Positions 58,154 through 58,372 of a stretch of 58,372 bases of DNA are shown one piece after another. The notes under the pieces were generated by a model. That model did no database searches. It was given only the letters and a program-made list of their open reading frames with translations, and had not been told where the DNA came from. The position numbers and the translations under genes are program-made. Positions within the stretch are counted from its first letter, which is position 1. Every line of letters starts with the position of its first letter. This DNA is from Basidiobolus meristosporus CBS 931.73 (taxonomy: Eukaryota > Fungi > Basidiobolomycota): contig MCFE01000557.1 in the NCBI GenBank assembly GCA_002104905.1, forward strand, positions 1-58,372, written 5' to 3'.

Positions 58154-58372
58154 AGGGTTAGGGTTAGGGTTAGGGTTAGGGTTAGGGTTAGGGTTAGGGT
58201 TAGGGTTAGGTTAGGGTTAGGGTTAGGGTTAGGGTTAGGGTTAGGGTTAGGGTTAGGGTTAGGGTTAGGGTTAGGGTTAGGGTTAGGGTTAGGGTTAGGG
58301 TTAGGGTTAGGGTTAGGGTTAGGGTTAGGGTTAGGGTTAGGGTTAGGGTTAGGGTTAGGGTTAGGGTTAGGG
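58152..58372 (+). repeat. Telomere (TTAGGG)n, right chromosome end
   Basis: Uninterrupted to the window end except one TTAGG variant near 58206; G-rich strand runs 5'->3' toward the end. Confidence 0.99.

Overview
This is the last 58 kb of a eukaryotic (fungal) chromosome arm, ending in a (TTAGGG)n telomere at 58152-58372. An early-diverging fungus is inferred from the short GT-AG introns with CTAAC-type branch points and from genes such as CARM1, COG7, TRAPPC13 and a SANTA-domain KNL2; the species cannot be determined from sequence alone. Positions 1-40.3 kb are a dense housekeeping block: QCR2, UGD, eIF3g, APC11, CARM1, COQ1, PHO13-like, CSN6, an AFG2-like AAA ATPase, five ribosomal proteins, KNL2-like, ERV14, Ariadne, COG7, TRAPPC13, eIF2-gamma and PRMT5. 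An UNC93-like gene and its pseudogene follow, then a roughly 10 kb CpG-depleted subtelomere. Main finding: 48654-58151 is a head-to-tail array of four non-LTR retroelement pieces, all with 3' ends toward the centromere. Two diverged pieces carry RT (one also a partial APE) and two ~1 kb units carry only an ORF1-like gene. All four share one structured 3' end whose RNA tail is C-rich and complementary to the telomeric G-strand, and they are joined through TTAGGG/TAGGG/GGGG junctions with no poly(A) or target-site duplication. This looks like a HeT-A/TART-like terminal-transposition system coexisting with telomerase repeats. A copia-type element with identical LTRs and a solo LTR are nested in the array. 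Other highlights are a probable single-nucleotide exon in APC11 and a fungal KNL2/M18BP1 with SANTA and a CENPC-k-like motif. Exon structures and family calls were made by eye, with no database searches.
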